From: Planctomycetota bacterium
GTDB lineage: Bacteria > Planctomycetota > UBA1135 > UBA2386
Assembly: GCA_947501605.1 (NCBI GenBank)
Contig: CANMWZ010000004.1
Location: forward strand, 96,001 to 160,000
DNA: 64,000 bases
Direction of reading: 5' to 3'
Positions 38,503-48,569 of the stretch are shown one piece after another. The notes beneath the pieces are model-generated. The model saw only the letters and a program-made list of their open reading frames with translations, did not search any database and had not been told where the DNA came from. The position numbers and the translations under genes were made by a program. Numbering within the stretch: the first letter of the stretch is position 1; each line of letters starts with the position of its first letter.

Positions 38503-40980
38503 ATGCGAGCCGTGACCTCGCCGGAAGCGATCTCCGAGCGCAGCAGTAGTTGCGGTCGGCGTTGCCGCTCGCCGGCTGCTTCGCGGGCTCGCCGCGGAAT
38601 CGACATCGTCCGCACCGACGATGGTCCTGGCCGACCGTCGACCTGGCTCGGCTTGCTTCGCCGACTGGTCCGAAGCCCATTCTTGGCCTGCCTCGGCGCA
38701 CTGCTCTGCTGCGATCGACTCGCGGCGCAGCACGACGGGAAGAGCGCAGCGGCGGGCAGCGAACTCGACGCGCAGCGGATCACCGGACCGGAGTTCCGCG
38801 CCGCGCGCTTTGGTCCAACGCGGTGGCTCGATGGGACGCACTTCGCGACTCTCGAACGCGACGACGAACGACGCGCGTTCGAACTCGTGCGCCACGATGC
38901 CGTCACCGGCGCGCGCGAAGTGTTGATCCCAGCGCATTCGCTGCGCAAGAGCGGCTACGAGTTGCCACTGCAAGTCGAGGACTACGCGATGGCCAAGAAG
39001 GCCGGCGAATTCCTGGTCTTCACCGACAGTCAGCGGGTGTGGCGCCAGAACACGCGCGGCGAGTACTTCGTGGTGCGTCCTCTGGCGGCGCCGCAGCCTC
39101 GTCGCGTTGGCGGTTCGCTGCCGAAGTCGTCGCTGATGTTTGCGAAGTACTCGCCCGACGGCACCAAGATCGCCTTCGTCTCGGGCAATGAGATCTGGGT
39201 CCAGGACGATCTGGCGAAGGAGCCGCGGCAATTGACCACGGGCGGCTCGAGCACCGTGATTCACGGCACCTTCGACTGGGTCTACGAGGAAGAGTTCGAT
39301 TGTCGCGACGGCTTCCGCTTCAGCCCGGACGGATCGCGCATTGCCTTCTGGGAACTCGACTGCTCGGGCGTCGGCGAGTTCCTCATGATCGACAATCTTG
39401 CGGATCGCTACAGCAAGGTCGTCCCCGTGCAGTATCCCAAAGCGGGCACGAAGAACTCCGCGTGTCGCATCGGCGTGATCGACACGGCCGGCGGTGACGT
39501 GACGTGGGTGGCGGTTCCGGGTGACCCGCGTGAGACCTACCTGCCGCGCATGGAATGGCATCCAGACGGCAAGGAGCTGATGGTGCAGTGGCTACCGCGG
39601 CAACAAGACGAACTGCGCATCTATGCCGCCGATGCGACCGATGGCTCGGTGCGCCTCGTGCACACCGAGACGGACGCGGCCTGGGTCGACGTGCGCGACG
39701 ATTTCCGTTGGCTGCAAGGGGGGGGCTCGTACTTCTGGACCAGCGATCGCGACGGCTGGCGTCACGCCTACTCGCAGCCGTGGCAGAAGGGCGAGATCGA
39801 GTTGCTGACACCTGGCGACTACGACGTCAACGCGGTGCTCCACGCCGACCTCGACCAGGGCTCGCTGTACTTTGCGCGCTCGCACCGCACGACCGGGCAA
39901 CAGCTCGCAGCCCTTCTGCCCGGCGGCGTCGAGTTCGTCACGCACGAATGGCGGCAGTCGGGCAGCAAGGACCGCACGAAGTCGCCAGCGATTGCAGAGG
40001 GGTGGCACGACTACGACGTGAGTCCTGACGGTTCGCTGGCGATTCACACGCTGTCGTCGTTCGACGTGCCGCCGCGCATCGAGGTCGTGCGGCTGCCGTC
40101 GCATGAGCCGGTGCGCCAGCTCGAGGACAACGCGGCACTGCGCGCGCGCTACGACACGGTCCAGCGCGGCAAGAACGAGTTCTTCCAGGTTACGACCGCA
40201 GATGGCGTGACGATGGATGGGTGGGCGATGTACCCGCCGACGTTTGATCCGCAGCAGCTCTGGCCGGTCGTCTTCCATGTCTACGGCGAGCCCTGGTCGC
40301 AGACCGTGATGGACACGTGGGCGCTGAAGCACCACCTGTTCCATCGCTGGCTCACGCAGCAGGGCTACATCGTCATGAGCGTCGATGCGCGCGGCACTCC
40401 GGTCCCCAAGGGACGCGCGTGGCGCAAGGCGCTGCACCAGAAGATCGGCGTGCTGAGTTCGCACGACTGGGACCAAGCGGTCGAGGCGCTGTGCCTGCGG
40501 CACACCTGGATGGACCGCTCGCGCCTAGCGATCTGGGGCTGGTCGGGCGGCGGCGCGATGACGTTGAACCTGCTGTTCCGCTACCCCGAGCGCTTTGCGG
40601 CTGGCATGTCGGTGGCCCCCGTGACCGACATCGCGCTGTACGACACCATCTACCAGGGGCGCTACTGCGGGGATCCGCGCCTCGTGCCCGAGGTCTACCG
40701 CAACTGTTCGCCGATCACGTTTGCCGCACAGTTGCGAGGCGCCCTGTTGCTGGTGCATGGCACCGGCGACGACAACGTGCATTGGCAGCACAGCGAGCGG
40801 TTGTTCGACGCCCTGGTAGCTGCTGGCAAGCGATTTGAGTACCTGGCCTACCCCAATCGGACGCACGCGATCGCCGAGGGCGAAGGCACCAGGACGCATC
40901 TCTACGATAGCCTCGCCGACTTCGTGCGACGGCGGGTGGCGGCTGGACCTCGCCAGTTGCCGACCGAAGTGGGCCGCTGA
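38503..40980 (+). CDS. S9B dipeptidyl peptidase IV family protein
   Basis: DWVYEEE, YPKAG, GWSGGG nucleophile, HGTGDDNVH, THAI; start uncertain and may be later. Confidence 0.92.
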   Translation: MRAVTSPEAISERSSSCGRRCRSPAASRARRGIDIVRTDDGPGRPSTWLGLLRRLVRSPFLACLGALLCCDRLAAQHDGKSAAAGSELDAQRITGPEFRAARFGPTRWLDGTHFATLERDDERRAFELVRHDAVTGAREVLIPAHSLRKSGYELPLQVEDYAMAKKAGEFLVFTDSQRVWRQNTRGEYFVVRPLAAPQPRRVGGSLPKSSLMFAKYSPDGTKIAFVSGNEIWVQDDLAKEPRQLTTGGSSTVIHGTFDWVYEEEFDCRDGFRFSPDGSRIAFWELDCSGVGEFLMIDNLADRYSKVVPVQYPKAGTKNSACRIGVIDTAGGDVTWVAVPGDPRETYLPRMEWHPDGKELMVQWLPRQQDELRIYAADATDGSVRLVHTETDAAWVDVRDDFRWLQGGGSYFWTSDRDGWRHAYSQPWQKGEIELLTPGDYDVNAVLHADLDQGSLYFARSHRTTGQQLAALLPGGVEFVTHEWRQSGSKDRTKSPAIAEGWHDYDVSPDGSLAIHTLSSFDVPPRIEVVRLPSHEPVRQLEDNAALRARYDTVQRGKNEFFQVTTADGVTMDGWAMYPPTFDPQQLWPVVFHVYGEPWSQTVMDTWALKHHLFHRWLTQQGYIVMSVDARGTPVPKGRAWRKALHQKIGVLSSHDWDQAVEALCLRHTWMDRSRLAIWGWSGGGAMTLNLLFRYPERFAAGMSVAPVTDIALYDTIYQGRYCGDPRLVPEVYRNCSPITFAAQLRGALLLVHGTGDDNVHWQHSERLFDALVAAGKRFEYLAYPNRTHAIAEGEGTRTHLYDSLADFVRRRVAAGPRQLPTEVGR

Positions 40981-41158
40981 GCGCCGCCAGATCGGAACCG
41001 GAGCGTTGGCGGCCGGGGTGGTCGACTGCTGGCACCTCGACGACAGGACGCACCGACGGGACGCACGGGTGAGCCATTCGCCGCGGTAGTTCGGTCCCTG
41101 CCGCTGGTGGTCGACCAGCCTTAGAGGCCATCAGCCAGGGGCGCATCGGCAAGGGGCC

Positions 41159-41195
41159 AAAAAAACTGCCTCGGCGAGCACACACTCGCCGAGGC
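41159..41195 (-). terminator. Rho-independent terminator
   Basis: Minus strand GCCTCGGCGAG-TGTGTG-CTCGCCGAGGC (perfect 11-bp stem) followed by AG-T7. Confidence 0.85.
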
Positions 41196-41250
41196 GATCC
41201 CTGCCACCGGGCTCAGGCCCCAATGCATTCATTCCACCGCCCGCCACCTA

Positions 41251-41265
41251 GCGAGCGCCGTGCCA
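41251..41265 (-). promoter_or_regulatory. Putative sigma54 -24/-12 promoter
   Basis: TGGCACGGCGCTCGC = GG-N10-GC; a second weaker copy TGGCATGCCAATCGC at 41313-41327. Confidence 0.5.
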
Positions 41266-41410
41266 TGGCCTCAGGAGTTTTGTGGTGGAAAATGTAAGCC
41301 TATTGCCAGAAGGCGATTGGCATGCCATTCCACATATTGCCCCCACGATCTCTAGTGCCTCCGCCGGCCGGGAACCGGCGGATTTCCGTCATCCAGGCGT
41401 CAGGCCGCCG

Positions 41411-42241
41411 TCACCCGGCTGGCGGCGGCTCGCCCGGTATTGGTTCCCCGGCGTCGCCGCGGAGTCGCTTCTTGGCTTGCTGCCAACTCGCCTCTAGCTC
41501 GTCCAAAGAGCGGGTGCGGAGGTCCGGCCCGAGTTCCTGTTCCACCGCGGCGAAACGGGCCTGGAACCGGTCGATCGTGCCGCGCAGTGCGGTCTCTGGT
41601 TCTTGCCCGAGGTGACGGGCGAGGTTGCAGATGCTGAACAGGAGGTCGCCGAGCTCGCTGCCGATCGCTTGGCGGTCGCCGCTGGCGACGGCCTCGTCGA
41701 GTTCGCGCAGCTCCTCGTCAATCTTGGCCCGGGGGCCGATCGCGTCTGGCCAGTCGAAGCCGACCCGCGCCGCCTTCTCGCCGATGCGCAGCGCCCGCAG
41801 GAGCGCTGGCATGGCGGTGGGGACGCCGCTGAGCGCCGAGGTTGCCTTGCCTTGGGCGCGCCGCTCCTCGCGCTTGGACGCTTCCCAGCCGCCGTAGGCA
41901 TGGTCGCTGCCGTGTGCTGCGCGATCGCCAAAGACGTGCGGGTGACGATGCACCAGCTTGTCAGCGGCAGCGGTCGCCACCGCGTCCAGGTCAAACGCTG
42001 CGCGCTCCTGCGCGATCTGCGCGATCATCGCGACGTTGATGAGTACGTCGCCGAGCTCGTCGCGAGCGTTGCGGTCGTCGCCCGTGCGCAGCGCGTCGAG
42101 CGCTTCGTAGGCTTCTGCCAACAGGTGCGGAGCCATCGAGGCCGTCGTCTGCTCCCGATCCCACGGACACCCATCGGGAGCGCGCAGGCGAGCCACGACG
42201 GCAGCGAGGCGGGCCACAGCAGGGAGCTCGCGGGCGTTCAT
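41411..42241 (-). CDS. mazG: Nucleoside triphosphate pyrophosphohydrolase MazG
   Basis: LRAPDGCPWDREQT, EAYE, ELGD, RHPHVF, GFDW, ELGDLLF. Confidence 0.95.
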   Translation of the reverse strand: MNARELPAVARLAAVVARLRAPDGCPWDREQTTASMAPHLLAEAYEALDALRTGDDRNARDELGDVLINVAMIAQIAQERAAFDLDAVATAAADKLVHRHPHVFGDRAAHGSDHAYGGWEASKREERRAQGKATSALSGVPTAMPALLRALRIGEKAARVGFDWPDAIGPRAKIDEELRELDEAVASGDRQAIGSELGDLLFSICNLARHLGQEPETALRGTIDRFQARFAAVEQELGPDLRTRSLDELEASWQQAKKRLRGDAGEPIPGEPPPAG

Positions 42242-42533
42242 GGGCAGGAGGCTAGCGCGGCGATCGCCAAGTTCGCACTCCATGTCGCAGGCCCCGCCCG
42301 CCGTGGACGCCGTTGCGGCTCTGCCACGTGTTCGCCGCCAAGCCGTGTCGTCGCGGCGCTTGCGCACGACGCGCGGCACTGGCCGAGATGGAACCCAATC
42401 TTCGCCGTCACCAATCGAGCGACGGGGCCACGGAAACGGTTGGCGCGGTCTTCGGATTGACCTATCGTGCTCGCCTTCATTCGACCCGTAGCGCCCGAGT
42501 GCCCATCGCCTGGGCGACCCAAGGACCAAGATC

Positions 42534-43133
42534 ATGGCTTTCGAACTTCCCCCGCTGCCCTACTCCAGCGACGCGCTGAGCCCGCACCTCACCGCCGAGA
42601 CGTTGTCTTTCCATCACGGCAAGCATCACAACGCCTACGTCACGAACCTCAACAACCTCGCCAAGGGGACCGAGTTCGAGACCAAGTCGCTCGAAGAGGT
42701 GATCAAGCTGACGGCGGGCAAGTCGGACAAGGCCGGCCTGTTCAACAACGCCGCGCAGATCTGGAACCACACGTTCTATTGGCACTCGATGAAGCCACAG
42801 GGCGGCGGCAAGCCGACCGGTGCGATCGCGCAGAAGATCGATGCCGACTTCGGCAGCTACGAGAAGTTCGTCGAAGCGTTCAGCCAGGCCGGTGCGACGC
42901 AGTTCGGCAGCGGCTGGGCTTGGCTCGTGCTCGACGGTGGCAAACTGAAGGTCACCAAGACGCCCAACGCCGAGACGCCGCTGTCGACGTCGGCCACTCC
43001 GCTCCTCACGATGGACGTCTGGGAGCACGCCTACTACATCGACTTCCGCAACCGGCGCCCGGACTACATCAAGGTGTTCCTCGAACACCTGGTGAACTGG
43101 GACTTCGCCAACAAGAACCTCGCCGGCAAGTGA
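42534..43133 (+). CDS. sodB: Superoxide dismutase, probably Fe-type
   Basis: [19 protein letters not shown] (Fe-type AAQ), [15 protein letters not shown]. Confidence 0.95.
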   Translation: MAFELPPLPYSSDALSPHLTAETLSFHHGKHHNAYVTNLNNLAKGTEFETKSLEEVIKLTAGKSDKAGLFNNAAQIWNHTFYWHSMKPQGGGKPTGAIAQKIDADFGSYEKFVEAFSQAGATQFGSGWAWLVLDGGKLKVTKTPNAETPLSTSATPLLTMDVWEHAYYIDFRNRRPDYIKVFLEHLVNWDFANKNLAGK

Positions 43134-43191
43134 GCCAGCAGAGCGGCTCGCGCGAGCGTCTTCGCCGCACGAACGGCCTGCCGACTTGCGC

Positions 43192-43989
43192 GTGACCTCG
43201 CCAGCCTCGAACGAACGGAAGCCGCAACTGTTGTCCGGTTGCGTCATCAGCTTCCAAGAAGAGGACCGCATCGCAGACTGCGTGCGGTCCTTGTCCTTCT
43301 GCGACGAAGTCGTGGTCGTGGACAGCGGCAGCACGGATCGCACGCGCGCGATCGCCGAAGAACTCGGCGCGCGTGTCTTGGTCAACCGGCCGTTCCCGGG
43401 TCACAAGGAACAGAAGCAGTGGTGCATCGAGCAGGCTCGACACGATTGGGTCTTCTGTCTCGATGCCGACGAGCGGGCGACGCCGGAACTGCAGCAGGCG
43501 GTCCAATCGCTGCGGGATCGTGGCGAACTCAGAAGCGCGGGCTACGAGATGCCGCGCAAGAACCACTATCTCGGCCGCATCTGTCGCGCCGGTCTGTTCT
43601 GGCCCGATCGCAAGATCCGGTTGTTCGACCGCCGTCTCGCCAGGTGGGGCGGCACCAACCCTCACGATCGGGTCGAGTTGCACGGCGATGCCGCGCCAGA
43701 GCGCCTCGACGCGGCGATCGAGCACCTCAGCTACCGCGACCTGCGACACCACCTGCGCACGATCGATTCGTTTACCAGGATCGCCGCGCGCGCCATGCAA
43801 CAGGAAGGCCGACGGACCAACGTGTTCGACCTCCTGGTGCGACCGCCAAGCGTGTTCGTGAAGAGTCTCGTCATCAAGTTCGGGATTCGCGATGGCTGGC
43901 GCGGCGTCCTGATCGCCGCGCTCGCGGCGTACACGGACTGGTTGAAGTACTGGCGCCTGTTTCGCCTGCCGCGACGAGGTGCGTCGTGA
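43192..43989 (+). CDS. GT2 glycosyltransferase (WaaE/KdtX-like)
   Basis: EEDRIADC, VDSGSTD, LDADE, KFGIRDGWRG. Confidence 0.9.
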   Translation: MTSPASNERKPQLLSGCVISFQEEDRIADCVRSLSFCDEVVVVDSGSTDRTRAIAEELGARVLVNRPFPGHKEQKQWCIEQARHDWVFCLDADERATPELQQAVQSLRDRGELRSAGYEMPRKNHYLGRICRAGLFWPDRKIRLFDRRLARWGGTNPHDRVELHGDAAPERLDAAIEHLSYRDLRHHLRTIDSFTRIAARAMQQEGRRTNVFDLLVRPPSVFVKSLVIKFGIRDGWRGVLIAALAAYTDWLKYWRLFRLPRRGAS

Positions 43990-45158
43990 CGTTCGCTCGT
44001 TCGGCGCGGATCCTGCACCTGTTCGCCAACTACAAGTGGACGGGTCCGGCGGATCCTGCGATTCGTGCGGCCGCGCGCCTCCGCGAACGCGGACTCGACG
44101 TGGTGTTCGCGCAGGCAGGCTTTGTGCACCAGGGTGGCGAGCACTGGATGGCCGAACAGTTCGAGCGCTGGCGGCTGCCGGTGGTCACCGGTCTCGAACT
44201 GCGCAAGCACTTCCATGTGCGGTCCCTGCTGCGCGACACCGCGACGCTGCGAGCGATGCTCGTGCGCGATCACATCGATCTCGTCCATTGCCATCTGCCG
44301 GCGGATCATCTGCTGGCGACGCTGGCGTGCCGTCGGCTCGCGCGTCCTGTAGTCGTCGTGCGCTCGCTGTACGATCCCGACCCGCCCGCCCGCGGGCTTC
44401 GCGAACGGTTTGCCTTTGCGCGCACGCACGGCGTGATTGCTCCTACCCGCAGCGTCGGTGCGGCGTTGACGGCGCGCCATGGCCTCGATCGCGCGCAGGT
44501 GCTCGTGCAAGAGCCGGTGACCGAGCCGCGTTTGCAGGACGGTCAAGACCTGCGCCACGAATGGGGGCTCTTGCCGCATCATCGCCTCGTCGGCATCACC
44601 GCGCGGGTGCAGCCGCACCGTCGCTTCGAACTGCTCTGGGCGGTGGCAAAGCTGGTGACGACAGCGATGCCCGACGCGCGCTTCGTGCTGCTGGGTCGCG
44701 GCAACGAGCAAGACATGGCGAGCCTGGTGCTGGAACCCGTGCGCCGGCTCGGTCTCTACGAGCACGTGCTGCTGCCCGGTTACCAGAAGGCCGAGCGCTA
44801 CGACTGCGCGCTGCGCAGTCTCGATGCCTTCCTGTTCCTCGTGCCGGGCAGCGATGGGACGTGTCGCGCGGTGCGCGATGCGATGGCGTTCGCCGTTCCG
44901 GTGGTGTCGACCCAGCGTGGGATTCTGAAGGAGCTGTTCGCGGTCGGCTCGGCAAACGCGGGCGGCGTGGCCGTCGCGGAGACCGCGGAAGCACTGGCGG
45001 AGGCGCTGCTGCAGTGGCTTCGAGACGACGATTTGCGGAGCCGCGTCGCGATGGCAGCGCTGCGGCGAACACGCGACGAGATGGATCCGGTGCTCGCCGC
45101 GCACCGGCTGGAAGCGTTCTATGCGCAGTTGCTCAGCCAGCGCGAGGTTGGCAGTTGA
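43986..45158 (+). CDS. GT4 glycosyltransferase
   Basis: ILHL..KWTGPA, VHCH, LVPGSDGTCRAVRDAMA. Confidence 0.85.
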   Translation: MTFARSARILHLFANYKWTGPADPAIRAAARLRERGLDVVFAQAGFVHQGGEHWMAEQFERWRLPVVTGLELRKHFHVRSLLRDTATLRAMLVRDHIDLVHCHLPADHLLATLACRRLARPVVVVRSLYDPDPPARGLRERFAFARTHGVIAPTRSVGAALTARHGLDRAQVLVQEPVTEPRLQDGQDLRHEWGLLPHHRLVGITARVQPHRRFELLWAVAKLVTTAMPDARFVLLGRGNEQDMASLVLEPVRRLGLYEHVLLPGYQKAERYDCALRSLDAFLFLVPGSDGTCRAVRDAMAFAVPVVSTQRGILKELFAVGSANAGGVAVAETAEALAEALLQWLRDDDLRSRVAMAALRRTRDEMDPVLAAHRLEAFYAQLLSQREVGS

Positions 45159-46240
45159 CGGTGGCGCCCTTGGCTGCAGCCGACATTGCGGCGATCGACC
45201 ACGTCTGGCAGTGCGTGCTGGCGACGGGGCGCTTGCCCGCCGCTTCGCTTCTGGTGCGCGAACGGCTGGTGCGTCAGGTCGCCCGCATCGAGTTGCCGTC
45301 CGGCCCGGCCTTCGCCAAGGCGATGTCGTTTCCGCGCACCAAGGACAAGCTCCGCTACGCGCTGCGCGCGCTGCCGTCGACCCGCGAAGCTGCCATGCTC
45401 GCGCTGGTTCGTGGCCTCGGGCTGCCGTGCCCCGACGTGCTCGGGGTCCACGCCGCCCGCCGCGGGCTGCTGCCGTTTCGGTCGCTGCTCGTGCTGCGGG
45501 CCCTCGACGTCGGTGTCGAGCGCGGCGATGCCGTTCAGCGATTGTGCGCCCGGGCCGCGATTGCGGCGCGCCTTGCCGACCACGGTCTGCTGCACACGGA
45601 CCTGAATCCCGACAACTTCGTGCCCCTCGTCGACGGTCGCCTGGCCGTGATCGACGTGCAGTCGATGCAGCGCTCGCGGGATCGACGCCAGGCCAAGGCG
45701 GAGATGGCGGCAAGGCTGCTGGCCGAGGCCGGGGACCTGCCGCCGCTGGTCGCGCGCGAGGTGCTCGCTGCCGCGGGGCTCGTGGCGATCAACGACGAGC
45801 GTGTTCTCGCGATGGCGACGGACCTGATGGCCGCGTGGCTCCGCACCCGCGCGCGGCGCTGCTTGCAGGGTAGTACGGAGTTCGAGGTGCATCGCATCGG
45901 CCTCGTCGGCGTCGAACACCGCCACCGCGGCGACTTGCCTCCTGGTCGATGGATCGACGCTGGCCGCGATGGGCTGGTGGTCTGGCTCGGCCAGCGCGCG
46001 CTCGAGATCGTCGAACGAAGTGCCCCTGTGTTTGTCGCCTTGCGGCGATCGCGCCTGCCGCTCGGCAGGGGCTGCTCGCTATTCGTGCGGAGCAGTCTCG
46101 AAGGCAGCGCGGTGGCGGCGGCGCGAACGGCGGCGAGCACCGCCTTTGCTCGGCACCGCTGGCTGTTTGCCCGGGGCGCGCGGCCTGCGCTCGTGGAACT
46201 GCAGCGGCTGCGCCAGCTGCAGACAGAGCCGCTGCGTTAG
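45155..46240 (+). CDS. LPS kinase (Kdo/WaaP/InaA)-like protein
   Basis: AFAK, REAAML, HTDLNPDNF catalytic loop, VIDV; in an operon with LPS GTs. Confidence 0.7.
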   Translation: MTVAPLAAADIAAIDHVWQCVLATGRLPAASLLVRERLVRQVARIELPSGPAFAKAMSFPRTKDKLRYALRALPSTREAAMLALVRGLGLPCPDVLGVHAARRGLLPFRSLLVLRALDVGVERGDAVQRLCARAAIAARLADHGLLHTDLNPDNFVPLVDGRLAVIDVQSMQRSRDRRQAKAEMAARLLAEAGDLPPLVAREVLAAAGLVAINDERVLAMATDLMAAWLRTRARRCLQGSTEFEVHRIGLVGVEHRHRGDLPPGRWIDAGRDGLVVWLGQRALEIVERSAPVFVALRRSRLPLGRGCSLFVRSSLEGSAVAAARTAASTAFARHRWLFARGARPALVELQRLRQLQTEPLR

Positions 46241-46264
46241 CGCGATGGCGTTCGCGCGCTTCTG

Positions 46265-47356
46265 CTATCGCGATTGGCGCAATCGTGCTGCGAGGACTGC
46301 GATCTGCACCGCATTGGTCGCCGCACCCTTGCGCAATTGGTCGCCGCAGATGAGTAGCGCAAACGTGCGCGACGTGCCGTCTTGCTGCACCTCGGCCGCA
46401 GGGTCGCGACGGATCCTGCCAACCAGCACTTCGTCGCGAAAGGCGGCCTTCAGCGGCGTCGGGAAAGCGTTGTTCTTGCGGTCGTCGATGACGATCAGTC
46501 CCGGCGCCAGTTGGAGCGCGCGCCGAAGTTCGGCCTCGCTCGCCGCGCGTCGCAGAGTGACGCGCACCGACTCCGTGTGAGCTCGTAGCACCGGCACGCG
46601 AATGCAGGTCGGCGACACCCGCAGCGATGGTGCGTCCCAGATCTTGCGGGTCTCGTCGATGATCTTCTGCTCTTCGCCATTGACGCCGGTGTCGAGGCCG
46701 ACGTCGGAGTCGTGGCTGAAGAGGTTGAAGGCACACGGTTCGTGGAACAGGCGCGGGGACAAGTCCTCGCCGCGCAGCGCGCGCGCGGTCTGTTCGCGCA
46801 GTTCCTCCATCGCTGCGAGACCCTTGCCGGATACCGCCTGATAGGTCGAGACGACAATCTCCTCGATGCCAAACGCCGCGCGCAGTGGCTCGAGTGCCAT
46901 GACCAGCAGGATGGTCGAGCAATTCGGATTGGCGATGAGTCCGCGATGGCCGCGCAGCGTCGCGCCATTGACTTCGGGGACGCACAGTGGCACGCCGGCT
47001 TCGAGCCGAAACGCCGACGAGTTGTCGATCAACAAGCAGTCCGTGCCCTGCGCCAGTTGGCGAGCCGCCAGCGCCGTAGCCGCGTCGGCGCACACGATCG
47101 CAACGCCGCCGTCGACGAAGAGATCTTGCCGCAGCGCGGTCACTTCGAGCCGCGAATCGCCGTAGGACAACATCGAGCCGACCGAACGTTCGCTGCCGAC
47201 GACGACCAGCGAAGTCGCCGGCACGGCAGCGTGCTGCAAGATCGACAGCACTTCGTTCCCGACCGCCCCGGTAGCGCCGACGACGACGATGCGCTTGAAC
47301 GGACGCAGTGCCGCGCTGGTGATCAGAAGGTTGTCGCGTCGGTCAGTGGGCGTCAC
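46265..47356 (-). CDS. asd: Aspartate-semialdehyde dehydrogenase
   Basis: VGATGAVG, DNSSAFR, ANPNCST, STYQAVSG, CIRVPVLRAH, DQLRKGAATNAVQIA. Confidence 0.96.
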   Translation of the reverse strand: MTPTDRRDNLLITSAALRPFKRIVVVGATGAVGNEVLSILQHAAVPATSLVVVGSERSVGSMLSYGDSRLEVTALRQDLFVDGGVAIVCADAATALAARQLAQGTDCLLIDNSSAFRLEAGVPLCVPEVNGATLRGHRGLIANPNCSTILLVMALEPLRAAFGIEEIVVSTYQAVSGKGLAAMEELREQTARALRGEDLSPRLFHEPCAFNLFSHDSDVGLDTGVNGEEQKIIDETRKIWDAPSLRVSPTCIRVPVLRAHTESVRVTLRRAASEAELRRALQLAPGLIVIDDRKNNAFPTPLKAAFRDEVLVGRIRRDPAAEVQQDGTSRTFALLICGDQLRKGAATNAVQIAVLAARLRQSR

Positions 47357-48569
47357 GGTCGTCTCCGTCGTCGGTCTGCTCGGTCAAGCTACGTGGCAAG
47401 GGAGCTGCAGCCGCTTCAGTGTCGCCGGTCGCGGTGGCGATGGCGATCGCTTGGTCGAGATCGTCGAGCAGATCGCGGACGTCTTCGATGCCGATGCTGA
47501 GGCGCACGAGATCCAGACCGAGATCGCGATCCGTTCGCGCGGCGGTCGGGATGCTCTTGTGCGACATGCTGCACGGCAGACTGACCGAGGACTGAACGCC
47601 GCCGAAGCTGACAGCGATGCGGAACAGCCGCAGGTTCTCGACCAAGCGCTTGCTCACGCGGTCGTCGCCGGTCGTGAACGAGATCACGGCACCTGGCCCC
47701 GAGGCTTGGTTCTTGTGCACGGCCGCCGTCTTGTGGCCCGCGAGTCCCGGGAACAGCACACGCGCGATGCCGCGACGTCGCGTGAGCCATTCGGCCACGC
47801 GCTGGGCACTCTGCTGTTGACGATCGAGTCGCAACGACAGGGTCTGCACGCTGCGGAGCAGCAAGAAGGAGTCGAACGGCGACAGCGCCGTGCCCTCGGC
47901 GTTTTGCAGGAACGCCAGTTGTCGGGCTAGGTGCTCGTCACGCACCGTGACGACACCCGCAGTCAGATCGCCGTGGCCGCCGAGGTACTTGGTCGCCGAG
48001 TGCACCACGAAGTCGGCGCCGAGTCGCAGCGGTTGCTGCAAGTAGGGACTGACCGCGGTGGCATCGACGCACAGCCGGGCGCCGCGTTCGTGAGCGAGGC
48101 GCGCGAGCAGTCGCAGGTCACAGGCAAAGAGCAGCGGATTGCTCAACGACTCACAGAACACGAGCTTGGTCGCGGCTGTGATCGAGGCGGTAGCGCTCGC
48201 TGTCGTCGACAAGTCGGCGAAGCGAACGCGGATGCCGCGCGGTTCGAGCACCTTGCAGAACAGCCGCCACGAGCCGCCATACACGTCGTCATGCGCCAAC
48301 AATTCGTCGCCTGGAACGAGCAGGCGGGTGACCGCGGTGACCGCGGCGAGGCCGCTGCCGTAAGCGAGCGCGTGACCGCCGCCTTCGAGCTGCGCGAGGT
48401 GGCGTTCGAGTGCGTGGCGCGTGGGATTGCCGCTGCGCGAGTAGTCGTACTGCGAGAACTCGGTGGCCGAGTCCTGCGCGAACGTCGCAGTCTGGTAGAT
48501 CGGCACGGCGGTAGCTCGATGCGGATCGGACGTGGCGTCGATGCGCGCAATCCTGGTGCGGGTTCTCAC
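47343..48569 (-). CDS. metC: Cystathionine beta-lyase-like PLP enzyme (Cys/Met metabolism)
   Basis: [39 protein letters not shown]; beta-lyase role inferred from these motifs and operon context. Confidence 0.75.
   Translation of the reverse strand: MRTRTRIARIDATSDPHRATAVPIYQTATFAQDSATEFSQYDYSRSGNPTRHALERHLAQLEGGGHALAYGSGLAAVTAVTRLLVPGDELLAHDDVYGGSWRLFCKVLEPRGIRVRFADLSTTASATASITAATKLVFCESLSNPLLFACDLRLLARLAHERGARLCVDATAVSPYLQQPLRLGADFVVHSATKYLGGHGDLTAGVVTVRDEHLARQLAFLQNAEGTALSPFDSFLLLRSVQTLSLRLDRQQQSAQRVAEWLTRRRGIARVLFPGLAGHKTAAVHKNQASGPGAVISFTTGDDRVSKRLVENLRLFRIAVSFGGVQSSVSLPCSMSHKSIPTAARTDRDLGLDLVRLSIGIEDVRDLLDDLDQAIAIATATGDTEAAAAPLPRSLTEQTDDGDDRDAH

Noticed and set aside
41131..41232. 33-codon minus-strand ORF (MNALGPEPGG...) in the sRNA candidate
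   Set aside because: Runs through the terminator and lacks coding-like composition
41411..42241. mazG as part of a toxin-antitoxin or anti-phage locus
   Set aside because: Ordinary tandem-domain housekeeping MazG with no mazEF or defence neighbours
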